Shown: positions 1 to 12,231 of the stretch, piece after piece
Position numbering within the stretch: the first letter of the stretch is position 1
Layout of the letters: each line of letters starts with the position of its first letter
Origin: Corallochytrium limacisporum Hawaii
Taxonomy: Eukaryota; Protista; Pluriformea
DNA: 64,000 bases
NCBI GenBank assembly: GCA_002811645.1
Contig: PDIP01000064.1
Location: 191,188 to 255,187, forward strand
Direction: 5' to 3'
Made by a program: the position numbers and the translations under genes
The notes under the pieces: generated by a model
What the model was told of the DNA's origin: nothing
Seen by the model: the letters and a program-made list of their open reading frames with translations, nothing else
Database searches by the model: none

Positions 1-3000
1 TCACACACAGGGTAACATACAGAATAGATCAATAGGGTTCTGGCGTGTATGTGTGTGTGTGTGGGTTCGGAACGAGTGTCCTTTGCGTGCTTGTGCGGTA
101 GGCAAGTGGGCTAGGTTACCCTTGAACAAGAGGAGGGAGAACGAAAGAGACCGGCAGCGAACGGGGGCGCTGCCAACCGGGTACATACAGCACAAACTAG
201 AGGCTCGGTCCAGCAAGTCAAAGTGGGCCTCTTGCCCGCCTGATTTCTCCCTCTCGCCTCCATTCAGAATAACCGCCCCCGTTTTGGGTGCATTTGCACC
301 CAAAGCGCCCCTTGAAACTTACTGCACCAGCACATCGACAGGAACTTTTTCGCTATGTGCAGTGGACCAAGACAAAATACACCAGAAACAGCTGGAGCAA
401 TAAACCTGCAACCTGGCCAGGTTGGGGGAGGGTGTTGACCCCTTGTCCATTTCCAAGTGTTCGCTGCCGGTCGGCCCCCAATATCTGTTGCAACTGAAGC
501 AATGCACCAGCTAGATCACGGCAAAACCATACACTCCTAAAACACACGATTGCAACAGTAGGGAGACTACTATCAATACATACTGAATGTATCTATTTTT
601 AACAACCCCGGGTAGGGTGGGTGCAGGCATGCATTGTGCGGGTGTGCGTGTGTGTGGCACAAGCACGCCACTGGAATATCACCTGAAAATGTTTAGTACT
701 AGAACTATTGCCGAAAAGAACAATCGCGACAAATCATCCCATTCTTCAGGTCATTCCTTCCTTGCTTCCTTCAAAAGGCCTCCCCATCTATCGCATCTTC
801 CGTCGGTACGGCTGATGGATGCTGCCGGAATCCATGTCAGTGTGCGGCGGATGGAGAGCAATTTATTCATGCTCTTTCTATGGTACCAAACTTACCAGCA
901 TGTGCTTTTATCCTCTTTCCTGCCTTTTAGGCCTCGCTTACCTTTCAGGCGACAGAGATACCGGCAAAACTGTAGGCAGCTCATTGAGCTCCAGGCTGCC
1001 AACGGGCCAATAAAAAGGCCGGAATCACACCGATCAATTTTCCCGATAGTTAAAGTATGGGAACAGGAAATGCACCGGGCGAGGCAGAGAGAAGATAACT
1101 CCCTGCCCATGGACGAGATGTAGATGGATTTCTGAAACGTTTAATGAGAACTCAGTGAAGCCTATAGAAACTCTATAACCATTTTTATCCGGCGGCACGA
1201 ATGTGTGCCCCCCCCCCCCCGCGGACGGACGTGCACGCCCGTCGAAGAAACTTTTCATCGATTGTGGAGAACCCGACTCCCATTCTGGGAGACTCTGGTC
1301 TGGAAAGACCCACATATTTCCTCCGCCGATCGAGCACCACCCGCCGCGCCACAACTGTTGGCGCACTTCTTTGCCGGTGAGATAGTGGTAACACGAATAA
1401 AACAACCGGCAGATAATCTCCAACAGGTGGGCTGTAGTGGGCGCAAGCGAGCGCGACGGCAGCTCCACAAAAAGCATTAACGGCAATAGGAGCCGTGGGT
1501 AGTACACGCGCACGTAGCCCCATATCGTAGGGAATCGATGTGTGTTCAAAATTAGTACGCAGGTGGTGCACAGGGAGTGTGACGAAGGTGATGGACACGT
1601 TGTTGACTGGGTAAGAATCAGCATACGGTTGCATGAGTGTATTCGTGGACTCACCCTACTCGCTGTGTCCAGGGTTGATCACAGTTAATAGATGTAATAC
1701 CTAATGTATCGAAGTTTTGGTCGCGAGCTGTTTCTTTGCTGCGTGATCTTCGTCGTCCGCTATCATACGCGAGACGTCATAGGGTGTGTTTTCCTCTGCG
1801 TGAGTACTAACAACAATACCCAACAATACCAAGTGATGGCACCGTGATATACATCCACCAACTCATTGCCGCGAGTGATTCATCCCCTGTGGACGTAATG
1901 GTGTGGAAACACATATTCACCAACGCGTCAAGGAGACGTACGCGACTTTGAACCTCTTCCACATTTCAGTTGTTCTCGTGAAGGTGCCCCCCACCGAGAG
2001 TGGCAGTCAAGGAACAGCGAGCAGCAGGGAACAGCTTGAGTGTTCCGCAGCGACACAACTCACCAACTCTGAAACCACCCTGCGTGGCAATTAGCTCGAA
2101 ACCTTTCATATACTCCATAGCCTGCGGATCCTACGGCTCTTGTTCAACCGTTTGTCACATGTTTCCGGGTTGGTCAACAAGTGTCTCGGTAGAACACGAC
2201 GGCTGGAAGTATCGTGAAAGCGGGTCTCTGATTGGCTGTCACAGCCGTAGGCTTCTCAGTATAGACTCACCAGCTGTAGCACGCTCCTTTGGGGCTTAAG
2301 GTGGCAGAGAGACCAAATAAACGCAGGTCCGATTCCATGTATCGCAGCTCATTCTCATTTTAACGACACTCCGCTTTGCGGAAGATCAATGGCTCAACAT
2401 GCATTGACGAGTTTCCTGCTCTTTCTGTAGAAACGCAATCCACGGACACCCGGCTCTCTACCTTATATTGTCTAACAACGAAAGGAACCAGCTAAGTCTT
2501 TTCGAGAAACGAACGATAGGCACGCACTGAGCAGCGAGTACGAACTTTTCGAACACAGCTTTCTCTGCAAGAGGACATCACGCTCTCTTGTGGGCACTGT
2601 GCTTTCTCCAGCATATTTTCAATAGATAGGAAAGATGTGCTAGAAACCTATCGTCATCTTTCAACCGACTCCGCCGCCGGTCAACCCCCCCCTCCTCCAG
2701 TACATGTGATGCGAATATGTATAGGTTTCCAGAGTGGGGTTGGTAGATGTATCGACTCTCATACAAAATAATAGAACGTGTAGAAGAGAAGATGACCGAA
2801 CCTTTGGACTTTCGAGACATTCGCAAACTCCAAGGCAGTAAAGGGGCCGTCTTCTATTTTTGCACCCATTGACCGCAGATCACCCCTTCCTCAAGCGAAA
2901 ATCACGAGGGTTTGCCTTATATTTGCTTGTCATTGGCATGTTACAAATTTTCATGTGTGCACGCATTCGATTCATATATGGGTTTCTTTTCTGCTCAAGG

Positions 3001-5754
3001 TTTGGTCTTGCAGTGACAACACTAGGCTTTGGGGGAGCAAGAGCATAACAGGAGGTGGTGCGAGGTGATCCTACCATTAGCCTTATCGCCATAAAATGAG
3101 TATATATACGCGGATGCTACGTCGACGACTGTCCTTTCAGCAGTGTGATATGAGTTTGTGTGCAGCGGTTCCCCACGAGAATCACGGGATATTTGATCTA
3201 TTGCCTTGTTCGTCTCATCCTGTTTGAATTTAACAGTCAAATAAAATTGGTGACCGGAACCAACAAACGATGAGAGCGCTCCTCGGGATCAAAGAACGGT
3301 AGGTGATTGTCGGGGCAGTAGACGAGTATGAGGAAAGAAGGGGCCCCGGCACACCAGCCCTCTTGGGGGAAGGGGATGGTTACGAAGGACAAGAGTTCGA
3401 AGGCAGTGAGAAAACGTGTGAGGTCAGAGAGACTTCGATCTCTCCCCGAGCGTGTGTATTTGCGTATGTGTCGCTGTGGTGGCTGTGTGAGAGAGTAAGT
3501 GGTGAGATCACCACCAGCCGTCGTCCTCCTCTTCATTTTTCTTTTCTTTCTTCCTACGCGGTAACCGAGTTCGGACGCAACTTCCGCTTTCTTAGAGAGC
3601 CCACACCAACAACAAGGAGGAGTAGAAGGGAAAGTGCGCAAACGCTGGAAGTTAGAGAGTTCTTCGTGTGGCTGCCATGGAAAAGGAAGCCGACAATGCC
3701 ATGCACAAGCATAGGACAGCGAGCCTCGGTTGAGATCACTTCGAACCCCGGCTTTTGGGGTCTGTTGAGATGGTGTTCTCTGGAGCCTGGTGAACGGAGT
3801 TCAAGTATGCATATTGTGCGAGAATGTCCAATGTGCATGGTTTCCGCCATTCTGAGTCACCTGCTTCCAACAGCAACAGAACACTAGGTCGAATTACTAA
3901 TTGCAAAACATTCCGCATCCACTCTGAATACAGCCGTGCCTTTCCTTCCAGACCTGGTAGACACGGGAAACAGAGATGGTACCGTTAGGTATCAATTTCA
4001 GAACAATGATTTGAGACCGCCCGCTACTGACCGCTTAAGCAAGATGAGTTAGGAGGTCGCGTTACCAATGCTATTCTAGCAACCAAGAACTCATATTACT
4101 ATCAGTTTGTATGGCTGCCACGTAAGCCAGCATGTGGATAATTGCTTGTGGTGGAGGAGTTGCGCGCGACAGAGGAAGGGCCCATTCAAACACACACCCA
4201 AAACCCAAAAAGAACTATTGGCGGGGTGCAGGATTGCGAAAAAATTGCAGCCTTACAACTCTTTCCATTGGGCTAAATATTTTTCTCGAGCTGTGAGTGT
4301 TTTCTGAACAAAGAAGAGGCGGGAGAGAATCTCGAAGAGAATTCTCCACTCTTTCACCGGTACTGAATGGGACGTACCGCTTATTTTCTTCAGCTGTTGC
4401 ACATCAAAGTGGTAGCTGTGTAATCTCAGCCAATCCCTTTGCCTTTCCCCCGGTCTAACACAGCTGGGCCGCCGTATGTGCCCCCACAGATCGGGGCACC
4501 GGGCCGCCCAACACTTCTGCCTACGCAGAGCGATTTTCAACCCCTTTGAGATTTTCGGTGCATGTAGTGCGGGCTACGGTGGGTAATGTTGGCAACTCTT
4601 TTGATATGTTGAAAGGTGTTGGGCCACCGCGGGCACATGTCCTGGTGTTTGCTTCTCTTTCCTTTGGGCTGGGCGAGGCCCGGCCGGCCGGGTACAAAGC
4701 ACAACGACATCTATGGGGATCCCCCTCTTCAACCTAATGCTGGTGTCTGCGGCCGTTAGCTATCTGTACCTCCCACCCGGTTGGGAAGGGTGCAGTCCTT
4801 TTGGCAGGCCATTTGTTATTGTTTGGGGTGTTACTCGAAGCGGTCATTGTTTGTTTAGAGGTGCGGCTGCCGGTGATGTGGAGAAAAGCTGCTAGCTAGG
4901 CTTCTTGATATCGTTCGTGGAATAAGTGAAAGGATGGTGGCATTGTGTCCTAAAACTCGAACCAGATAGCCATTTCGCAAAGAGAAAATCTGTTCAGAAA
5001 AGTACTGCTTGAAGATTTGTAAATTCAAACTAACTAGCAAAAATAAACAAGGCACGCGCTGGCGCTGAGTTCGTTGGATTTCATCGCACGAAGATTTTGC
5101 CGAGTGCAGTCTTTAGAAATTTAGTGTCGGAACTTCACTGCATGGTGTTAGCTTCCGAATACTTTTAACGTCTGCGGCACAGACGCTTCACAGCTGGTCC
5201 GCTTTGGTAAATTATTGATTATTTTCCAGACCAGTTAACATTAAGAATCAAATCGGATTAAATTCATGATTGTATTCAAGCCTGTTGCCTAGAACTCCAG
5301 ACCCTAGCCCCTCAAAGCCAAAATATTGCAACATTAAAAAGGCCCCCCCCCTCTTCGTCCCCTCAGAGGGGGGGGGGACAAAGTGGAGCCCTCCCGGTGA
5401 AATTGGCGCGGGGAGTTCAAGAGGGTTGCTCGCGTAGAGGACGAGCCGGAAGGGGGGGGGTTTGGGAGGGGAGTGAGTGGAGTTGGTTGGTTACCGAAGG
5501 GCATGTACATACACAGAGGGGTCTTCGAAACCAAGGTCTCACAAAGTGCGTACTGGTGAGGAACCACCCCGAAGCGATGGAGATAAGGGAGATAAATTTT
5601 TGACATGTGTATCATTACCTACAGCTGAGCGAAGAAACGAAGCCCGGCCGGAGCTTCAAACAGGTTGAAGAGACACCAGTTGTTGCCATCGGACGCAACA
5701 ACCAGAAACCAGATATGCAACACTCGAAGTTTTGATCTGAATCCCAGTTGAACA

Positions 5755-7788
5755 ATGAGTCAATACGGGGGAAGCTCACGTTATGCGCCCTCGATGGCAT
5801 ACAGCAACAGTCGACAGGCCACTCGTATGAGTGGATACACGGAAAACTCGAAGATAAGTCCCTCACGGGCCAGCTCCCGTGGCGGTGGATCCACGGCAAG
5901 GTCAACAGTGTCAAGGACAAGCCCTGGTACAGATGTCACGGTACGAACCGTTGAAACTCGAACCATACAAACCCTTAATGACCACGGTCGAAATAAGATA
6001 GTTCCATCTGGTACGGGAAACTATGACTTCGCGGAGACCGTTGCCGGGAACCCTGTCGAACTACATGCCAACGTCGACAACGAAGAAGTAGCAAAGATTC
6101 TCTGCGCGTCTGCTGAGTACCTTGTGGCCCTGGCTGAGGCCTGTATTGAACTAAAACGTGAGTACCAACAGGGTCTACAGAGGTTGAACACTCTGAAGAA
6201 GATGAGCCGGCGTGTGGAGGACATGAGTGGTGTGGTTGTTGACACTGCTATGCGAGAAAAATCACAGCGCGCTCTACACCAACACATGGCTGGTATGCAG
6301 AAAATGTACAAGCGTGCTCAGAAGCACGGCGTTCGCCTGACTGATGGTCTGCGTGATTCAGGAATCCGCATCACTGGACAGGAAGACCATAACATTGAAG
6401 AAGACGATATCTTGCAGATATCTCTAAAGAGTCTGTTACTAGACCTTCGTAAGCTCATCACAAATGCAAAGATCACCCACGAAACAGCGGCCGCTAAGGA
6501 CCGTGGCAGGCTGCAGGAGACCATGGAAGACTTTGCCGTGGCTACTATGGAACACAGAGACAACAAGAACTTCGACAAGAAGTTTGGCCACATTTTCGGC
6601 TCCGATGAGGATGAAAGCGACGACGAAGGTGACACAGGAGAGCACGAATCCCAGCGCCAAAACCAGTCATCTTCCCGGAATGACCCGGTGTCGGCAATAC
6701 AGAGACGTGCACTTGGTGCTGACCTTCCTTGCAATGCCAGCCTGGTAACCTCAATTCCTGGCTCGGCACTGTCTCAGAGTCATCGGATCTCGCCCCAGCG
6801 GGAGACAATTCCGCTCAATATTGAGAAACCGCGACCGGTCTCCCGCCGATTGCAGTCTTCACCGCCTCCTGAGCCGGACCTTACTAGCCCTCGCGGCGAA
6901 TCAGAGTTTAGTGATGTTACCGGCCCCACAAGCGTCCTGACACACGACACTGCTACTGGTAGTACTATACTACCATCGACCTCCCACACTGTGATTCCTG
7001 GTGGTCTGGCCGCAGCTATCCCAGAGCAGGCCAAGACTGTGGAGCGCCATATGCAGGAACCCGCCCTGACGCCGGACCTGGTTGCGCCCCTCGTGCATCG
7101 GCACAAGGAGCCACAGTCAATGGAAACGTTTGAGCTCAAACCTCGCACGGATCCACAGGGTGATGGTGATGGTTCGGACTCCAGTGGGTGGGATGACGAT
7201 GATGATGATGATGACGATGATGATGATGCCTGGGCCAGGGAGGCCGAGGAGCAGCCTTTGCAGCAGACACCGTCCAACGACTTTGCTTTGAATCAACTGC
7301 ACAATCCACCAAGTCCAACTGAACTAAGCATGATCCAGGAGGAGACCGCATCTATGATGAGCGAAGCTGTGCGAAACGAAGGGCCGAAGACTCCAACTGC
7401 CGACAAGGTTGAAGCGCCGAATCTGCCCCCCGTCCTACCCGTCCACGCCGCCGATCTTTTTGCCCAGCCAAAACAGCTGGCGCCAGACTTTGACATCGGC
7501 GATCTCCATTCCTTGAAGGCAGAAATGTTGCCACTCGAAGACAAAGAGAACGATGCATTCAATGCCAACCAGGAACAGCCACCAAAAACCTCCACAAACG
7601 ATTTCTATGCCAACAAGGCGGTTGAGCTGCGTGAGGCTCTGCGACAAATCACTGCAGAGTATGAAGAGAGCGATGCAAAGAGTGTTATGCTGCGAAACCT
7701 GGAGGACGACAGCATGGCAGACCAGGAGGAATTCATTGAACGAAGTCGCAGTGGTCAGGCTGGATTCACCAACATGGGAATTCTCTAA
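5755..7788 (+). CDS. Hypothetical 677-aa protein: S/R-rich N-terminus, helical/coiled-coil core (about aa 105-280), long acidic and proline-rich disordered region with a poly-Asp tract
   Basis: 2 kb ATG ORF (aacaATGa context) with protein-like composition; no family motif recognised. Confidence 0.85.
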   Translation: MSQYGGSSRYAPSMAYSNSRQATRMSGYTENSKISPSRASSRGGGSTARSTVSRTSPGTDVTVRTVETRTIQTLNDHGRNKIVPSGTGNYDFAETVAGNPVELHANVDNEEVAKILCASAEYLVALAEACIELKREYQQGLQRLNTLKKMSRRVEDMSGVVVDTAMREKSQRALHQHMAGMQKMYKRAQKHGVRLTDGLRDSGIRITGQEDHNIEEDDILQISLKSLLLDLRKLITNAKITHETAAAKDRGRLQETMEDFAVATMEHRDNKNFDKKFGHIFGSDEDESDDEGDTGEHESQRQNQSSSRNDPVSAIQRRALGADLPCNASLVTSIPGSALSQSHRISPQRETIPLNIEKPRPVSRRLQSSPPPEPDLTSPRGESEFSDVTGPTSVLTHDTATGSTILPSTSHTVIPGGLAAAIPEQAKTVERHMQEPALTPDLVAPLVHRHKEPQSMETFELKPRTDPQGDGDGSDSSGWDDDDDDDDDDDDAWAREAEEQPLQQTPSNDFALNQLHNPPSPTELSMIQEETASMMSEAVRNEGPKTPTADKVEAPNLPPVLPVHAADLFAQPKQLAPDFDIGDLHSLKAEMLPLEDKENDAFNANQEQPPKTSTNDFYANKAVELREALRQITAEYEESDAKSVMLRNLEDDSMADQEEFIERSRSGQAGFTNMGIL

Positions 7789-7938
7789 TCCCGAACACAG
7801 AAAATTTGGATGTTTGACATGTCTCTTACTGATGAAAAAAAATACTTCAAAAAAATATACACGTGAGTGAGGTTTCACATTATCCTTCAGGTCCCTGTAG
7901 TAGATACTTTACACCGGTAGTGTTCAATAGCAGCCGTC

Positions 7939-9261
7939 CTAATCCGAAAACTCATCATACTCGTCCACTGGGAAATCATCGTAGTCGTCCTCATATGAAT
8001 CGGAGACCTCATCATACTCATTCACACGCGGATTAGACAACTGATTGTACTCACGCACTCCCAGATCCGACATCTGCCGGTAATTCTGGTTCCCTTTCAC
8101 ATCGTTGTTCTCGCTGACGTTGTCGAGATCTCTGTTGTTCTCGATACCTCTGATGCTCATATATTTCAACATGGCCGGGGGCTGCTCCACAGAATCGAGA
8201 AGGGTGTTTTCGTACTTGGTCCGAAAGCGACCCAATGGGAAGATCATGGACGTGCCCATTTTGTAAGCCACCCATGCCTTCCGCCGCTCAAGGTCCTCAT
8301 GTTCGTCCATACGATTCTCCACGATCAGAGTTGATTGGTAAAAGATTGCGCAAAGCAAAAGCGGCCCACAGATGGCCCACCAGGGTCCTCCTGCAGCGAC
8401 GCTGAAGGTGTACAGTCCGCTCCAGAAGCAAATCTCCCCAAAGTAATTCGGGTGCCGACTGTATTTCCACAGACCATAGCCAAGAATCAGAGGGGGAGCT
8501 TCGTCAGCTGCAATGGCAGCATCCCGCTCCAGGCGCCAGACGAAGAGCTGGTAGTCTGATACGCACTCAAAAAACAATCCCATGATAGTGATTGCAAAGG
8601 CGGCGTAGTCCAGGTTGGAAATTGGGCAATTTCCCGCATGAATACCATAAAGAGCGGCACCGTAGGGCCATACCATGCTCAGTTGTACGATGTATACACA
8701 GATGAACGACATGGGGAAAAAATACAGGCCCTCGCCAAAGACATCTCGAAACAAGATACGGTAACGCCAGTCTTCTCGCTTGAAGAACGGCCACGGGCTT
8801 ACCTGCAACCAATGATAGGTCAGTTCGAGAGAGTACAAAATGCAAAGACCAAGGACTATCCTGCTGCGAGTATCATTAAAGCCACCCAGGAGATCCGGAT
8901 GGAATCGGTAGAACACGGCACAGAGCATAGGATGCAAGGACCAGTGTGCATCAAACCCCCAGTCCCGACCACTGATGCGGGCTGTGACCCACAGAAAGAC
9001 ACACATGGTCCAGAACATGCCAGCACCACACTGCAGGTACGGATGATTTTCGTCTAGACCGATAGTGGTCAGTGTGGATTTGCACAGCTGCACAAACCAC
9101 CCGGTGAAATCGGAGTCCTTGCCTTCGGTGCAGCACCAGTACACGACTCCCAGTTCAACAGCTGTGGCTAGAATAGAACCCATCATAGGGTAGGACTCAA
9201 GGATTATGCCCGGCTCTATCTCGGTCACCGGGTTCTTGTGCGACTTTCTGGTGATCTGCAT
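7939..9261 (-). CDS. DUF1295 / steroid 5-alpha-reductase-like membrane protein with an acidic C-terminal tail
   Basis: Several hydrophobic helices; EDWRY, DYQL and GLWKYSRHPNYFGEICFW motifs typical of DUF1295. Confidence 0.88.
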   Translation of the reverse strand: MQITRKSHKNPVTEIEPGIILESYPMMGSILATAVELGVVYWCCTEGKDSDFTGWFVQLCKSTLTTIGLDENHPYLQCGAGMFWTMCVFLWVTARISGRDWGFDAHWSLHPMLCAVFYRFHPDLLGGFNDTRSRIVLGLCILYSLELTYHWLQVSPWPFFKREDWRYRILFRDVFGEGLYFFPMSFICVYIVQLSMVWPYGAALYGIHAGNCPISNLDYAAFAITIMGLFFECVSDYQLFVWRLERDAAIAADEAPPLILGYGLWKYSRHPNYFGEICFWSGLYTFSVAAGGPWWAICGPLLLCAIFYQSTLIVENRMDEHEDLERRKAWVAYKMGTSMIFPLGRFRTKYENTLLDSVEQPPAMLKYMSIRGIENNRDLDNVSENNDVKGNQNYRQMSDLGVREYNQLSNPRVNEYDEVSDSYEDDYDDFPVDEYDEFSD

Positions 9262-9576
9262 CTTGGCTGGCGGCTCCCAACTGGCGATATCACGGTTTGC
9301 TTCTAATCAGCCAAGTACAAAACATATCTCCGACAACTTGGCATTCCTTCTGTACCTCCTCGCATTCACGGCGGCTTGACCATATGCAAGTCCCTTGGTA
9401 CACGCCCCATAGCAGCAACAAACAATCGACAAAACATTCGCATGGTACATCCCCGTGGTCCTGATTCATGTGGGCCTTCGCAGCACCTTTGCAATCTCCC
9501 CTTGGTGTTGGATTGTCCACTGATTGTGTGCGCGATTGTGTATTGCGAGCTTGGTGACAAAACCAACCCCCCCCCC

Positions 9577-9808
9577 NNNNNNNNNNNNNNNNNNNNNNNN
9601 NNNNNNNNNNNNNNNNNNNNNNNNNNNNNNNNNNNNNNNNNNNNNNNNNNNNNNNNNNNNNNNNNNNNNNNNNNNNNNNNNNNNNNNNNNNNNNNNNNNN
9701 NNNNNNNNNNNNNNNNNNNNNNNNNNNNNNNNNNNNNNNNNNNNNNNNNNNNNNNNNNNNNNNNNNNNNNNNNNNNNNNNNNNNNNNNNNNNNNNNNNNN
9801 NNNNNNNN
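9577..9808. other. Assembly gap flanked by C and G runs
   Basis: N run. Confidence 1.
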
Positions 9809-10020
9809 GGGGCGGTGGGGGGCCGGGGGAAGGGGAGGGAGCGGGCGTAATATGTCCCAGTGAACGGACGGTGACAAAGTGAAGTCATTGGGCAATGTGA
9901 AGGGGCTGTTCATCAACGGACCAGATAGTGGTAGTTCAGCTCAGCACTTTATCGAATGGATAAGAGCAGTGCGATCGCACTGTGACGAATGAAATTGGAC
10001 TCATCGCCTGATCTGCCACT

Positions 10021-10998
10021 ATGCCGTCCCAATTTCTGTGCCTACCTATTCTGCGACGGCAGCAGCATTTGAGGCAGATTTTTGTTAGTTTGCAGTACAG
10101 TATTCGCCCTCTTGCAGCCACATCACAGTATCACACTAGCTCGCGCCTGTATGAAGCTCCAAAGCCTCCGAGAGGTACCAATCCCCAAGCGTTCTTCCAG
10201 GAAACCTACGAAGGGGAGAAGCACGATCCGACCCGCGCACGGCATGACGACCTGAAGGGCGACTCTGGTGGACGGCCTGATCCGCATGGCGATCAAAATC
10301 AGAATATGGGTAAATGGGGATTCCTGGGACCCCTCATTGCACTTGCTGTGCTTGGTGTTGGCTATTATGTCCGCCACAATGGGATATGGAGCGGATTTTT
10401 AATCAAACACAAGTTGGACGTCCCGCCGCCACAGATTGGCAAAATTCCTAGGGTGTACTTCGATGTGAGTATCGATGGAACACCGAAGGGTCGGATCGTG
10501 GTCCATCTGCGACCCGATCTGGTTCCTCTCACAGTTGCCAACTTCCGCCAGTTGGCCACAGGTTCACCTGGCTTTGGCTTTGAGGGCTGCGTGTTCCACC
10601 GTGTCATTCCGGGGTTTATGATCCAAACTGGAGACACGGACCACAAGGGTGGGCGAGGTGGCCGGAGCATTTACGGTAAGAAGTTTAAGGATGAGAACTT
10701 CCGGCTCAAGCACTACAAACCAGGTGTCGTGAGCATGGCGAATGCTGGACCTAATACCAACAACTCACAGTTTTTCATAACCACCGCCGAGACGCCCTGG
10801 CTCGACAACAGACATGTTGTCTTCGGTGAGGTGGCAGAGGGCATGGATGTCGTAATGGAGATTGAGAGCCATGGAACAAAGAGTGGTGTGCCTCTGGCCG
10901 ACATCTTAATTGAAAAATGCGGTGAGTTGCCAGCCATCGATCCCCCGCTGCCAACAGTGAAGCACAAAGGAAGACAAGAAGAGCTCCAGGCTGCTTAG
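10021..10998 (+). CDS. Cyclophilin-type peptidyl-prolyl isomerase with a presequence-like N-terminus and one transmembrane helix
   Basis: [67 protein letters not shown]; hydrophobic [17 protein letters not shown] upstream of the domain. Confidence 0.96.
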   Translation: MPSQFLCLPILRRQQHLRQIFVSLQYSIRPLAATSQYHTSSRLYEAPKPPRGTNPQAFFQETYEGEKHDPTRARHDDLKGDSGGRPDPHGDQNQNMGKWGFLGPLIALAVLGVGYYVRHNGIWSGFLIKHKLDVPPPQIGKIPRVYFDVSIDGTPKGRIVVHLRPDLVPLTVANFRQLATGSPGFGFEGCVFHRVIPGFMIQTGDTDHKGGRGGRSIYGKKFKDENFRLKHYKPGVVSMANAGPNTNNSQFFITTAETPWLDNRHVVFGEVAEGMDVVMEIESHGTKSGVPLADILIEKCGELPAIDPPLPTVKHKGRQEELQAA

Positions 10999-11085
10999 TT
11001 TTGACACATGCAAGTTTGATTTCTTGATATTACATGAAAGTTTCTCTATTTGCTTTCGTACTAGACTTGCTTCGTTATGGAACAG

Positions 11086-12231
11086 TTACTTCTTCAACTT
11101 CTTCTTGTATTCGTGAAAGAGATTCTGGCGAGACTTCATGTCCTTGCCGGCGGCCTTGAATGCCGGATTGGAACCAAAGCGGAACGCAATGTCACGGAAG
11201 TTGCTCTTCGTTGTAACCTTTTTAGACGCGAGAAACTCGAAGAATTCTTCCTTGGCACTTTCTGCTCGCTGGTTATCCTGCGACTGATTGTCTTGAAGCT
11301 TCCCAACATGTGCTTCAGCCCAGGACTGAAATACAGCAGCTTGCTCGCTAGTGGATGTTAAGTAATGAAACCGTGGATCTTCTGTCTTCTTTACTTTGTC
11401 AACCTCGACGTCCCAAATGCTGACTGCGCTCACCAGGCCCTTACTAGCTAGCTCATCCAACATAGTCATGAACTCATGGCGTCGTTGCACCATACTCATA
11501 TTGAGACCCTTTTCAAGCTCAGCATGTTCCGCAATCACCGCGTCCATGTCAATATCAGGTATGGATGATTCTTCGCTCTCATCTGCCTCTTCTTCATCGT
11601 CCCCGAGAGCCTGGGTTTGCCCTGGCTGTGAACCGATCAGGGTTGCAAGCTGTGCTTTGTGACCCATGAAGTATTCCTCAAGTTCCAATGGGACTGTCCA
11701 CTGACTTTTCCGGTCCTTTGTGTTGTAGAAGAAAACCTGGTCGTTGACCAGCTGTACGAGGATCCATCTATGGCCACAGTTGGGTATCAAATACATTTGT
11801 GCCCTTTTCGTATTCCTTGAGACAGATCCAGCGGCCTCTTCCAGCACCAATCTGAAGTTCTCAGGCACCTTCCAACCTCGCGATATCTGTTCTCCGGCAC
11901 TGGAGGACAACTTACGCAAGCGTGGTCTCTTCCGATGAGGTACACTGGTTTCTGACGTGCCCGGATCAAAGCCCGGTACAGCTGCCAGGATGACCTTCTG
12001 TTTTCGGTTCAGGGCGCGTAACTCTTCCTCGGTGATCACATTACTGTCTTTCAACCGCCAGTAACTCCGTATTCGTTGTTCACTGCCAAGATCAAATTGA
12101 TGCCAGAACTCCACGGGGTCGTGTTTCGCCCCACCGTCCACTGCGATATTCGCTATCGCCGGTGGATGTTTGACTGTCATGTTGTGTTCGCCATGGGTGC
12201 TGTGGTTGTAGAACACGCTTGGTTGTATCAT
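11086..12231 (-). CDS. WW and FF domain protein (TCERG1/Urn1/Prp40-like splicing-associated factor)
   Basis: WW: WILVQLVNDQVFFYNTKDRKSQWTVP; two FF repeats (EFMTMLDE...DPRF...VFQSW and EEFFEFL...PAF...LFHEY). Confidence 0.8.
   Translation of the reverse strand: MIQPSVFYNHSTHGEHNMTVKHPPAIANIAVDGGAKHDPVEFWHQFDLGSEQRIRSYWRLKDSNVITEEELRALNRKQKVILAAVPGFDPGTSETSVPHRKRPRLRKLSSSAGEQISRGWKVPENFRLVLEEAAGSVSRNTKRAQMYLIPNCGHRWILVQLVNDQVFFYNTKDRKSQWTVPLELEEYFMGHKAQLATLIGSQPGQTQALGDDEEEADESEESSIPDIDMDAVIAEHAELEKGLNMSMVQRRHEFMTMLDELASKGLVSAVSIWDVEVDKVKKTEDPRFHYLTSTSEQAAVFQSWAEAHVGKLQDNQSQDNQRAESAKEEFFEFLASKKVTTKSNFRDIAFRFGSNPAFKAAGKDMKSRQNLFHEYKKKLKK

Noticed and set aside
1-5700. ORFs of 100-200 aa in the first 5.7 kb
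   Set aside because: No motifs and non-coding-like composition; no RNA gene or transposon signature recognised
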